A model generated the notes under the pieces. It did no database searches and was not told where the DNA came from. It saw nothing but the letters and a program-made list of their open reading frames with translations. 64,000 nt of DNA from Intoshia linei (taxonomy: Eukaryota; Animalia; Orthonectida). Positions 51,533-64,000 of the stretch are shown in pieces. How positions within the stretch are numbered: the first letter of the stretch is position 1; every line of letters starts with the position of its first letter. The stretch spans positions 1-64,000 of the forward strand of contig LWCA01000062.1 in the NCBI GenBank assembly GCA_001642005.1. The letters run 5' to 3'. Made by a program: the position numbers and the translations under genes.

Positions 51533-54500
51533 TTATTCAACAGAAGAGTCGAAATGGTAAAAATTTTCTTGTCCAATTACTTCCCATATATATGAAAGAA
51601 AATAAGTTTCGGTTGCAGTTCTTTTCACGTAACATAATTTGGCATCCGGATATTTCTATTTTGAAATAAAAGTCAAAACTTTAATTAAATTAAGTATACA
51701 CTGCAGTATAGTCTAGTTTGACATTTGAATGTTATTTTAAAAAATTGTGATTTATATTTGTAAATGCTTTTAGTTTGTAACTCACTGAATAAATAATAAA
51801 AAAAAACAACATTTTCGAGTAATGACAAAACTGGTCGTTTACTTAATTATTCGTCTTATTCATTTTGAAGTATACCATTAAAATTGATGTATCAAAACTG
51901 TTCATTTGAAACTGTATTTGAGCTAAAATAAAATGATTTTAAAATATAAAAATATACCCAAAATATCTTCATAAGACAATTCTTCAATATTATCAATTTT
52001 ATTAAAAAAATAAGCAATTATCTTTAAAAATTGTAGATATGATAAAAAATTAAACCTTATCAATATTTTCCATTATTATGTATATCGATTTACCATTCAA
52101 CAAGGTAAATAAAGAAACTCGTTGAATTACTGCATAAATCTAAATGTATATTTATAATTTTTTAAATGAAAATGAACAAGCTAATTACGGTTGACGAGTC
52201 AATGATTAAAAAAATTAACTACATCAGTGTCACAAGATTTTAAAAATACGGACAGGTGAAACTTTAAATAAAATGCTCAATGTGTATTACCAGAGCCGAT
52301 CCCTCCCAGCTCGAAACCACTGAAAATGAAACATACCCCTAAAAAAATTTTCAGACGAAGCATAGTGTCATATAAGCACAAGACACCTCTAAGGATTTTG
52401 ATTAGCATTTTAAATTTAGCACACAAAATAGCTGATATTGAAGAATATAATTTTTATACAGTATAACCCCGTGTTGGGGCACCTTTTTTGAAAAGTGTCC
52501 CAAAAAGCGGGGGTTCCCCAAAAACTAAGAATAATGATAATATTCTATTATGTATTAAATTAATTGAACGATTATAGTATTTAATCATAGTAAGAAAGTT
52601 GATAAGATAATAAAAAAATAAAGCGCCCAAAATCGATTATTTAAATAACTACCCATCTTAGAATTTTTTAAAGACCACATTTAATTACAGTTTTTTTGGA
52701 ACGTATATTAAGATAAATTTCAACCTCCCAATTTCACATCTTACGGGTCAAAAATCAATTGTCCTTCTTTTTGAAATCAAACGAGTTGGAGAATTTAAAA
52801 AAAGTATAACAATTGTCCCTTTTTTTGAAAATCTAACAAGTTATAGAATATAAAAAAATATATAAGTTGATACGGATTTTAAAATCATAAACATTATCAT
52901 AAATTTAAATTTAAAAAAATTATATCTTCAGAGCCAAAACCCCAAATTCTCCTTCCTTTTTTTTGAAAACAGACCTAAAATTTCAAAAAAATTCAATACG
53001 AATAAGTGACGATTTCACAATCAGAAAAGCATTTTAGTATTCGTATATTTTTTTCCGAAATATTTTATTAAAACAAAAAATGTGAAATAATTAACCGTCC
53101 AAAAATTAAAAAAAAAAAATTATTCTGATAGAGCTTATTCCAGTTTATATAAATAGAAAAGTTCAACCCGAGAAATCTACACATCCCCGGTGAAAAATAA
53201 TTTTTAATATATTATCAACCAATATTTCGATTAAAATAAAAATTGAAAATGTGTATTGAACGTCTACACATTTCCAATATAGAAATATGGGTGATAATCT
53301 ATATAATTCATTCCTTGAGAATTTTTTTCATGCCCTTCATTTTTTTTAAATTTTCAAAGTCATTACTATTCTATTTTGAAGTTAATAAAACCTTGTTTGT
53401 TTTAAATCTCACAAGTTTGCATAATTATCTTAACAATTACATTTAAAAGTCATTTAAAAATATTTAAATTCAAAATAATGGGTAATTCTTTGTGGTTTTA
53501 GCCGTGAAGATATAAGTTTTGGAAATTGAAATTTAAGTTGAATGATCATGATTTTAAAATACAAAGTATCATAGTTTACATTTTTTAAATTCCAGTAATT
53601 TTTTATTTAAAAAAGGGTACTAAGGTTTTCATCTGAGGTGAAAATGCAAGTTTCTGAGGTTAAAATTCACAGTAATGTTTATCATTTCAAAAATTTTCCA
53701 GAAACTTTGTTTTTTTATAACAGTAAGCTTCATACTTTCTTAAATAACAAACAGATATATTTTTAACTAAATCAATTTTATATAACAAAGGATTTGAATC
53801 AGAATATTAAAATATATGATATGCTATAGATAGTGATTGTTCTCGGTAAAAATACAGAGACAAATCCCAGGATTCCCCCAAAAAATGTCGAAAAAATTAA
53901 AAAATAAATAATATTCCAACATTTTAAGTGATAAAAATGTATCCTACCTAAAAAGTGTATATTGAGTGTATAATGTAATTAATTATTACTGTAATATGAA
54001 AATATTAACATTTTATTCAATAACTCACCATAAATTTCAAATATAAAACTAAAAGTTTTTTACAAAATTAGTTACGATAGTATGTACTTAAGTTTTAAAT
54101 AACGTTAAAATTTAAAATGATTCTAAATTGCAAAAGTGGTTTTCATCAATCCTTAAATTATGGTTTTACCAACCGTTAAGGAAAAAATTCACTTTTACCA
54201 AATATTATATGCGATTCTAAAATACGCTCTCTTTTCATATTGGGTATTGAATTAGATTTCTTTATGCAAAAATAAAATTCCATTTAATTTACAAAATTAT
54301 AATTTTTAAGACAAGTTTTTAGCTTAGATAAAATGTTATTACCTTTAGCCTTATTGAATGAAAACGTGTATATTTTATATATTGTATGGGTTACTGTGAA
54401 TTTATATAAATGTATAATTACGCAAGATTTATAAAAGATCACAATAAAAGGAAAAAATGTGAAACCGTTAATGATACAAAAAAGAATATTAATTAAGAAA

Positions 54501-56545
54501 AATAAGCTCCGTCATAACCGCCCCTGTACATATGCCATTTTTCATATCAATAAAAAATACAAAGAAATAACCCAATGAATATCATACCAGATTTGAATTC
54601 ATCAAAAAATGATTAAATAAAATATGATTAATAATTTCCAAAAGAGATTTTATTGTATCCTGTAAAGCAGAGGTTTCAATAGTTTTATCAACATTATTTT
54701 CAGTTTCATTAGGTAAATAGCAATTTTTCGTAATAATCTCCAACAAACTAAAAAGTATTGACAATTTTGGGATAAATTACTCTACAAGCTTTTGTGAGGT
54801 GAGTGGGCATATATTTACACAGTGCCGCGATAAATTTGAGACTATTGCAAGACAATTTGAATGATAATATAAATCCTAAAATATTAAATATTATTAGTAA
54901 TTAAAAATGGTAAATTATACCCTATTTTTGTCTAAATTGGTTTGAAGGAGACGAATAATAACTGTAATTAAAAAACTCCCAGTATTTGCGTTTCCTAAAT
55001 TATATTCCTTGTACCAACTCGAATCGTAATTATTCTAATAAACTATAATTATAATTTATAATTACGTTGTATTTAATTTAAATTTTAAATGAATAGTACA
55101 CTTTGGAAGCAGTATTTCGAAAAATCGTCATCTTGGCTGAAAATTAGTAAAATGGTTAAAATTAAATAAGTTTCCTTTGATGTACAATTTACATCAACGT
55201 AAAGTTGGTGTAAATAAGTATTGATTAAAACCATAAGTGATTGGATTTGGTTTTTACAGAAATAAGACACAAAACTTTCATTAGTAGATATCAAATTGCG
55301 TAATATAATCTTGGAAGATTGAGTATATGATAAATTAACGATAGTTTTAATGAATTCATCGAAATTGGTCGTGAAAGATTTTTTTACGCTAACGGCTAAA
55401 AGTAAATGATAATAAATAATAATAAAAATCACTTGGCTGTCCGGAATAACAAGCATTAAGAACTCGTTTAAAAGGATTTTTAAGAGTCAAGGTATTACAA
55501 AGCGTCAACAGTAAATGCAAACTAGTGTGCTGTATAATGCAACTTTGAGAGTAAAACGGATTTTTGGTGTTTTTAAATGTCACATAAGAAATAATACTTC
55601 CTATACAAGGTAAAATAGTATTAAATGGAAAAACATACCAAGCGTCGAAAAAACTTTCGATACCATAGATTGGTGTCCATCAAAAATATCGAAAGGAGAG
55701 GTAATTTGCTTCATAAAAATGTCCATAAGAGTTTTAACAAAAAGAGAAGAATAGAGGTTTGAAATGCTAACAATTATAATTAAAATCAACATTTCAACTA
55801 ACCAATTTTCTGAATAAATCATCTTTAACAATTTTCGATCAGAATTTAAGTGTTTATGATTGGCAAGAGACATTATGGATAGTAAAATTGATATAGACTC
55901 ATAAATAACCCGATAAGTTGCAGACCTGTTTTATTCAATTACAATTAATAACAAGCCCATACCTCAATTCTACATTCATGACGACTTTGATTATAGATTT
56001 AAAAAAAAGCTCCAACGTATTTTCTAAAAAATAATATATTATTTATCAATTTTTGTCAACGTTCAACGGTTTCAAGGATAATTTGATCATTGAGCTGACT
56101 GAAACAATGTTTAAATATATAACGAATAATAAACAGAGATGTGCTATAATTCATCATCAAAATATCACTAGAAATGTTCACATTAATATTGAATAAAATT
56201 TAAAGGGTACTTTTCATTGCTTGGGTAAGTAAATATAATTTTTGCTATCGAATTGAAGGATTTAACGAGAAAATTAAAATTATTTGTTGCACTGCAGTTT
56301 ATCAAAAATTCCTTTATGAATCCACACGCGGATTCTTCAAACACTTTTTCGTCGTTTCTAATAAATATTACTAGCAATATTTAATATACCTACTTTGATT
56401 TAAATAGTAATATCTTTCGGTTAAATAAATCTGTCCAAAATTTACTATTCTCATCTATTGATTCAAGTGATGCCATGTGTTTTAATTCATCATTTTGTAG
56501 TGGGAGCGAGAAATTTACTTCATTTAGACTTACAGTCTGACCCAT
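51533..56545 (-). CDS. DYM: Dymeclin
   Basis: MGQTVS N-myristoylation-type start, LESIDENSKFWTDL, NNFNFLVK, LLIFSQDDDF, NCLAIVSNLS, and C-terminal YPDAKLCYV..YFLSYIW. Confidence 0.88.
52640..53792. mobile_element. Helitron-derived fragments in a dymeclin intron
   Basis: Homology to the Helitron body subrepeats in both orientations. Confidence 0.65.
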
Positions 56546-57194
56546 TTCAATAATTTTTTAGTTATATAATTTATTTTAAATTGAAATAACTTTATTTTTA
56601 TTTTTTCGTTCGATTGGTAAATTTTTAATTGTTAGATTAAAACTTTGAAAAAAACGATAGCATGAAAAAAATGGAAACACAGAAATTAAAGTTGTCTCAA
56701 ACTTTGAAAATTGAAAGTTACATCTTAATTTAAACTTCATTCTGGATGAAATCAACACATCTTTTTCAATTTTTGAGTTGATCTAAAAATTAAAAAGTAG
56801 CCATAGTGGATTCATCTCCCAGAATACTAAACAGACTCTCTAATTGACGTCTCTCATGGGGTGACTGGTTCACCCAATGAATACAACACTTTTAGATGGT
56901 GATAAATGAATGAATGTAAATTTCTAGAATATTATAATAAAAAATATATCTATGCGACGAAATCTAAGCTTTGAAAATCTTAACTGTATCGTGTATTACA
57001 TCCATTATGTAACACTTATATCAGGTTTATACGAAATGTATTTCAAACTTTTCAAGTTATATGCAATGAATATCAGTATCCTAATTGGAATCAAAGACAT
57101 TTAAATTATGTGCGATTTTCGACACACAATAGATCACATATTAACGATTAATCGTATGCAACATTGACAATACTATCACATATCCTAGATACCA

Positions 57195-57775
57195 TCAACA
57201 AAATTTGCCAATACAGGTAATTAATATTTTATTAAATTTTTGTACATTCTGTGACTTTTTCATCGCTTTCGCTAATGACATCTAATTGAGATACATTACC
57301 TAGGCCTATAAGAATAAATTACATGTAATTAAATTAATTAAAACCCAAGTTTGAACAATTTGAAGCTTTCCTATTTAAATGTGGTAGGTATTTGTCGTGT
57401 AAAGAAATTGAATTATGTTCACTGTCAGAATCATAAGACTTAGAGGTATATATTTTTGGTGTGGAGAGTTTTAATTTTTGAAATTCTTTCACATCAGATT
57501 TCCAAGTCAAATCCGACAAAACATTATTTGAAGACACACTTGATATAGAATGGTGTACAGCTCCAATCGCTTCACCAATATCTGACATGGAATTTGACCT
57601 GTAACGTGTCACATTCACATCCAGTAAATCTTTCCTATTGGGTGGTTCAAATTCTTCTATTGAATACCTACTAGATTGTCTGAGAGAGTTTGGAGAAACA
57701 GGGGTTGAGGCACATTTTGAATATAATTTATTAACGTCTAAATTCATTACTTCGAAATGCGTTGAAATGTTTAAA
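57195..57775 (-). CDS. Ser-rich hypothetical protein (at least 2 exons; ends approximate)
   Basis: 137-codon GC-elevated ORF flanked by AG/GT sites, with a phase-compatible downstream exon (GLGNVSQLDV..GKFC*). No family recognised. Confidence 0.5.
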
Positions 57776-57962
57776 ATCTAGTTAAATAGTTACATGGTAG
57801 TACGCAGTATGCTAAAATAATAAAAGTAGGACACTTATTTGTAATATTGCATGATGATAGGTTTTGGTTATCAAGTGTTATTTTCCAGATTAGTATTAGT
57901 TTTAGTCTTTTTTCGAAGAGTAATTTGGAATTAAATTATGTTTATTGATTAGACTGACAAAT

Positions 57963-58230
57963 ATGTCAAATATCGATAATCGAGAAACAGTAAACCCATC
58001 GACCTCTCCCGTTAATTCAAATACCTACTTTCAAAGATATAAAGACCCGGAATTGAGATCACAACAATATCTGTTGGAAAATGATACTGAGGGACTATTT
58101 AAGGTGACGTTCGTATAATCGCACTTAATATTAATTTTAGTCACTCACATGTTCGCTTATGGAAGATATGCCAGTCAATTTGCGTCAATATATTATTGAT
58201 TGGCTCCAAACCAGAAAGTTGACAGTTTAA
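57963..58230 (+). CDS. 76-aa protein with an RIIa/Dpy-30-like dimerization-docking (DD) motif
   Basis: Exons 57963-58103 and 58141-58230 joined by a 37-nt GT-AG intron: ..RSQQYLLENDTEGLFK|SLTCSLMEDMPVNLRQYIIDWLQ.. fits the YL-x-LF-x-L-x-L-x-P-x-Y/F-I-x-L DD pattern. Confidence 0.7.
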
Positions 58231-58422
58231 TAAATTAGTTATTAGTTTTGTTTCAATGTTGTATATTATAAATTTTCAAGTAAGCAAGTTGACATATATT
58301 GTTTTTACTATAAGGGAATATTCTTAAATCCAACCATTTTTACCAACTCTAATAAAAATACTTAGAAAACGAAGAAGACTACTAAATCATAATATAAAAT
58401 ATTTCTAGGATTTTATAATTAA

Positions 58423-60815
58423 CTAGATTGACTGTTTTGTATTACGTAAAAACAGCACCTAGCTCTGCCGAGGGAGGACTTCTAATTCTACCAAAAAATA
58501 AATTCAATAATAAAATCTTAATTAAAATTTTTACTCTATATTAATAAAATAGTTTGGAAATAAAAAAAATGAATATTATAATACTTTTTTGATCGTGAAG
58601 GCCTCACTTATTCAGATTTAAATTTTTTGTGTATCTTAACAGGATACAACTACCAGCATTAATTTTTTTAAATTCTAGGGCTGTTTTCATTTTAAAAAAA
58701 TGGTAATGTGGGTTTTGATCGTGAAAATTATTTTTTTTGAGGTTTCTATTCTTGATAATGTTTATGATTAAGAAAATTTTAGAATATATTTCATTTTTAA
58801 AACAAATCATTTAAAGAAGTCATTCCTAAACTTGCATTTCACATTACCTTTTAATTCCCACTTTATTTTATTTGGTTAGCATTTTTTAAAAACAATTTTG
58901 TGATCCCATTTATTCAATTTACTAGATATAATGAGTGTATAATCTTAAAAATAAAGACAAAATTGTCAAAATAGCTTAAATTCCATAAAAAATAAAATTG
59001 AAGGCACATGGTAATTCGATAATTATCGTTTATATATTTATTTCAATGTGGGTACAATTCACCCGACATATGGTTTTAAAGTGCTGAGTCCGATAATCAT
59101 TTACTTATATAAAAATGAATGTGTGTAATCTTTTATTGAAAAAATTGACAGCCGTATGATTAAAACCACAATTTTTAATACCGTTCCTAGGACGTGTTTT
59201 ATCTATTTTTTAGTCTCAGAATTTGAGCCCTTCAGGGTAAAAACCCAATTTCGCCTTTTGTTTAAAAACAAATCAGCCAAAATTTTAATAAAACATACAT
59301 TCTAAAACGCGTTTTAAAATCATTAACATTTTTGTTAATCTCAGTCTCAGAAACGCATACCTTCATGGTCAAAAGCCAAAATTACCTTTTGTTTTAAAAA
59401 TGAAACATAACCTAAAATTTTCTTAATCGTAAATTCTGGGATAGTTTTTAAAATCATAAACGGAAATCTCAAAAAAGAAAATTTTCACGATGAAAACCCA
59501 ACATTACTATTTTTTTTAAATAAAAACAGCCTTAGAATTTAAAAAAAAAATTACAGATGGTAGCTGTATCCTGTTAAAACACATAAAAAATTTCAATCTG
59601 AATAAGTGACGCTTTCACGGTCAAAAAAGTACTTTAATATTCATTTTTTTTATTTCGAAACTATTTTATTAAAACAAATAATTTGAAATAATTAATGGCC
59701 CTACAATTAAAAAGAAAGATTATTCTGATAGAGCTTATTCCATTTGATATAAATACAAAATTTCAACCCCAGAAGCCTATGCATTCCGGTGAAAAATAAT
59801 TTTTAATATATTGTCGACCAATATTTTTCAAATGTTGGATTAAAATTAAAAATAACCAACCTACAATTTAATAAAAAAATTTGTATTGAACGTCGACACA
59901 TTTCCAATAAATAAATATTGGTGGAAATCTATATAATTGATTCAATCGGGATTTTTTTCATTCTCAAATTCTCATTTTCAAAACATTTTGTTACAAATAT
60001 AAACTACAACAACGAAACTAAAAATAATACAACTTTGTTATCATCATTTTTATTACAATGCTTTGCAATATTGGTAAAATTCACTTGAACTATGTTTATA
60101 GAGTGCTGATTCCGTTAATTATTGATTAAATTGGTACTGATTCAGTAAATAAACTTTCTAGTTTCTAGGTCCTTACGACACCGTCGGTTTCGGTTCACGG
60201 TCTACACGACAATACTAATTTTAAATTACATGCATTAATTCTATATTTGTTACAAATTTTTACATTTTACTATGAAAATAAAGTTTAAATTAAACTTTTT
60301 AGGGAAAAATTTCGATGTTGAGTGGCCGGGTCCAAACTCAATCAATTTGAATAATTTTTTCAGGAAAGTGATCACCAATAATCCTAATGGTGAAAAATAC
60401 TCTTTGATCTTTGAATATGGTAATCACCCTACTGAATATATATTATCACATTGAAAATGACAATAAGTTTTTACAATTTAATTTTTTGGAATTTATGCTA
60501 TTTATGACAATTATTAGGATTGTACCTGTTTTTACTTTATTTTTAATATTATATACACATTCTGTCTAATAAATTAAAAAAATGGGATCAAAAAATCGTT
60601 TTAAAATTGTTAACATTGACAAAAATGTTAACAAAATAAAATGAGAAAAATTCACTTTAAATTAAAGGGTAATGTGAAATGACGACCCATAGTCAAAAAA
60701 TGTTTGGGAACCATTACCTTAAAAGATTGATAATAGTGAATGTACCCTTTTTAAGTAAGAATTCATTTTTTGGATAGAATTAAAAAAGTTGGTCCTAAAC
60801 AAAGCTAGCTGCTGT
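58423..60815. mobile_element. Helitron cluster (minus-strand 3' end at 58423; plus-strand copy at about 59097-60815)
   Basis: ACTAG..AAACAGCACCTAGCTCTGCCGAGGG terminus, family body sequence, and a degenerate 3' end near 60800. Confidence 0.7.
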
Positions 60816-61653
60816 TATTTAAATGTAGTTTTCAATTTAATGAAATTTTTCCATTTTCTTTAATTCATTCAATGAAAGAATGAATTAATTAAATGAAAGG
60901 AAAATATTTATCCTTTAAACAAAAAACATTCACCAATGTGTCTAGCATTTTTTCCAATAGCGCAAAATAAAAATTGCATGTAAAATTAAACCTTACTTAA
61001 ATAAAGTAAAAATTTATAAAAATGCGACTCTCGAAATTAAAAAAATATATTTTTAAAATGCTCAGTCAGTTTTTTTTAGCTCAGAAGGCAAATTTCAACT
61101 TCAGTAATTTGTATTTTAAAAACACAAATTACCCTCTTTTGAAAAATGAAAAAAACAGTAATCATAGAATTAAAAAAAATATAGCTAATAGTTTTTCCGA
61201 TTAACATATAAAAAACTAAACATCAGAAAATATCGGCTTAACCGCAAAAAAGACACTTTTCTTATTTTTTACTGATTATGAAAATTAGTTCGGTTCTCAC
61301 AATATTAAGACATAATTTGTATGTGTTAAATGAATTCTACACATTTGATGTAAATAATATTAATAGTGTATTTAGCATAAACATACATCCATTTCTAATC
61401 CTCCCTATAGAACTAATCATAGCCATGGGGAATAGATAGTCAATAGAATTATAATTCTTCATTAAATTCAATCGATGACATAATAGATAATTTGGACTAA
61501 TTCTTAAAAAAGTTCATAAAAATAATGTGTATTAAAAAAGAATTAACTTAATATCTGTCAATAAATTTCAGTTAAGACGTTAACAGTTTATTCAATATTC
61601 GAATGAGTTTGAATTTTGTCATAATCATAAAATGAAATAAATGAAAATTTAAT

Positions 61654-63098
61654 TTACAAATATCTTCTAGTAATAAATCGTTTATTACCTCGGGGTTTAT
61701 AATTTCTTACATCATTATTTTGATCATTAACATATCTTTGTGTAATTGGTTCCACATATCGATGAGGTGATTCAAAAGAGTCTTGCCGCGTATTGTACCC
61801 TCTATTACCACGATACTGAGGACTATCGAATCTACCCCGAGAATTTTGAAAACCTCTATTTTGATGAGATTTATGCTGTTGCATTCCACTAGAGCCTTGT
61901 CGGTTCTGAAACTTTGGCATATTGGCTGCAGCAACTTCTTCAATGTTTAGTTGATTCACTCGCCCCCCTCGGTCGGGTATCTAAAATACTAAATAGTTAC
62001 ATTTAAAATTGATATAATTACATAAATATAGTTAATATTCATTTTCTTTACGTCGGATTCAATTTTTTTATAAGACATAGAAATGCTTTGAAAGTCTAAA
62101 AAATGTAAATCTAAATATCACGTTATTATTCACCTTGCCTTGCAGCTAAACATTCATAAACGTTAATATTTGTATCGTATAATTTCATTTTATGGGTAAA
62201 CCTACTAGCTAATTTGTCAATCTTGGCTTGATCAATATTCTAACAATAAATCAATTTTAAAAATTAAAAAAACAAACAATGCCGTCATTCCCCTCCACAA
62301 ATACACTTTGTGTAATAAAATAACGTTTTTTCATCATTTCACAACGAATTTTGTAATAACGTGAATATTTTTCGCAAGAATCAAAAAGCAATTTTTCAAA
62401 CGATTCCAAGTCGTTCATGTTTATCATATTAAAATTAGAAATGGCACTTTTCTGTATTTTCAGGTTTTGTAGCTAACATTATATGGCATTAAAAAATTTT
62501 AAAAATAATACTTTTATCAATACATCCACATATAATGTATACCTGGTTAATTAATACATCCGCACCGTTTGGAGCAAACAAGATTTCAGATATTTTAAAA
62601 GGTAATTCGGTTTGGTTAATTTTAGTTAGTAAAGATTGACATTCATCAAATACAACGTCATCCATATTTTGTAATTTGGTTTTTGTATGCAATTTTTCCA
62701 TTAAAACTTGTCCGGCTTTTAATATTAAGAAATCTAATTTTAACATCATAATAAATTCAAACTAACAAACCGAGTAGTTCAAAAAAAAACACATGAGGTT
62801 CTTGGTTTTGGTCTATATCGCGTAGATATTCACCATTAACAAAATTTTCATCTATAAATTTAAGGAAAAAAGGAATGGCACTTTTGGTGTTAATATTTTC
62901 AAATTTAATTTTTTTATAAGTTGTGTATTCCAAAATAAAATGTAAGGCTTTATAATATTCAGTAGAATCTGAACATTTTGTAAATTTTTGAGCATCATTT
63001 GCAAATTCTTTCGTATATCTAATCGAAAATTACATATTTAGTTTAAATTACCCAATTTCTTTCAATATACGTTCAATTCTCTTCCAATTCATTGTCAT
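61654..63098 (-). CDS. FAM98: FAM98 family protein
   Basis: Y..RCEMMKKR, CLAAR|D, and the signature IPDRGGR..MPKFQNRQ followed by an R/G-rich tail; multiple short introns. Confidence 0.8.
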
Positions 63099-63281
63099 TA
63101 TATTTCAAATATAATATTTAACAATATTTTAAAATTTAAATGTTTACGTTAAATGTTTAATTTTAAAATAAAATATAGTTTATTGTGAAAAATTGATACT
63201 AAATAGTGAGCGAAAAAATAATTATCATCAAGATTTATATCATAGATTAAATTTTCTAAAATAACTACAATTTTTTAAAAA

Positions 63282-64000
63282 ATGACTAGCATTGAAGAAA
63301 CCGCACCTGAATTGGAAAACATTGAAACTACAGTATAAAATATAAATATATATGACAATTATTTATAATTCTAGGAAACAAACAACGTGAAAGACAAAAT
63401 TAAACAATCCAAAGGAGAAAAAAAATCGAGAAAAATTATATCTAAATTGGGTATTTTTGTTTAAAATTTAATTAATTTTATGTAGGATTAAAGCAAGTGC
63501 ATGATGTTATGAGGTTGGTTATTACCCGCTCAAAAAACATGAAATTTGTGATCAACAATCCTGAAGTATATAAATCTTCTAATGGCGTATACGTTGTTAT
63601 AGGGGAAGCTAAGGCATTTATATTACATTATTTATCTACACATTCCAATAGGTTGAAGACATGAATCAAAATTTATCTATGGCCGCTGCAGAACGATTAA
63701 AAAATACATTACCAAGTATTTCCAACGAAGAAGCTAAATCAGAAGAATGTACTAAAATTAAAAAGCCTAGTGAAGAGGATATACCAGAGTTGGTTACAGT
63801 CAAGAAAGAACCAGAGATTGACGAAGTACTGGACGAGGAAGGGTTAGATCCCAAAGAAATTGAACTTGTTATGAAACAAGTCAATGTTTCCAGAAATGTT
63901 GCTGTCCGAGCTTTAAAAGAAAATAGTGGAGACATCGTCAATGCCATTGTGGTATGATTTATTTTTTCTTTATATACCTTTCTATTTTTAGTCACTTACT
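63282..64000 (+). CDS. NACA: Nascent polypeptide-associated complex alpha subunit (last codons run off the window)
   Basis: [16 protein letters not shown]|[20 protein letters not shown]|VEDM..AAAE, and the UBA domain [30 protein letters not shown]. Confidence 0.95.

Overview
This is very AT-rich genomic DNA from a compact-genome animal. Many introns are only about 37-46 nt, intergenic gaps are tiny, and a ciliary radial-spoke gene is present. The profile resembles the orthonectid Intoshia, but that is inference only. About 18 spliced genes can be reconstructed by eye: PFK (5' part), RPB9, RSPH1, a divergent TOLLIP-like C2+CUE gene, the 5' part of UFD1, OXR1/NCOA7, MRPL50, CWC27, an anamorsin-N-like gene, TIPRL, PNISR, mago nashi, an E-protein/daughterless bHLH gene, dymeclin, an unknown Ser-rich gene, a 76-aa docking-domain micro-protein, FAM98 and NACA. 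Larger introns and intergenic gaps are filled with non-autonomous Helitrons, hAT MITEs, a Tourist-type MITE and Tc1/pogo relics, often nested. The stand-out is the E-protein gene. One basic-region exon is followed by two duplicated HLH exons that end in different phases. They would splice into two different reading frames of one 469-nt terminal exon, and both frames are open for about 155 codons. A nested long-range RNA stem is positioned to loop out the first HLH exon. All gene models are manual and lack transcript support.
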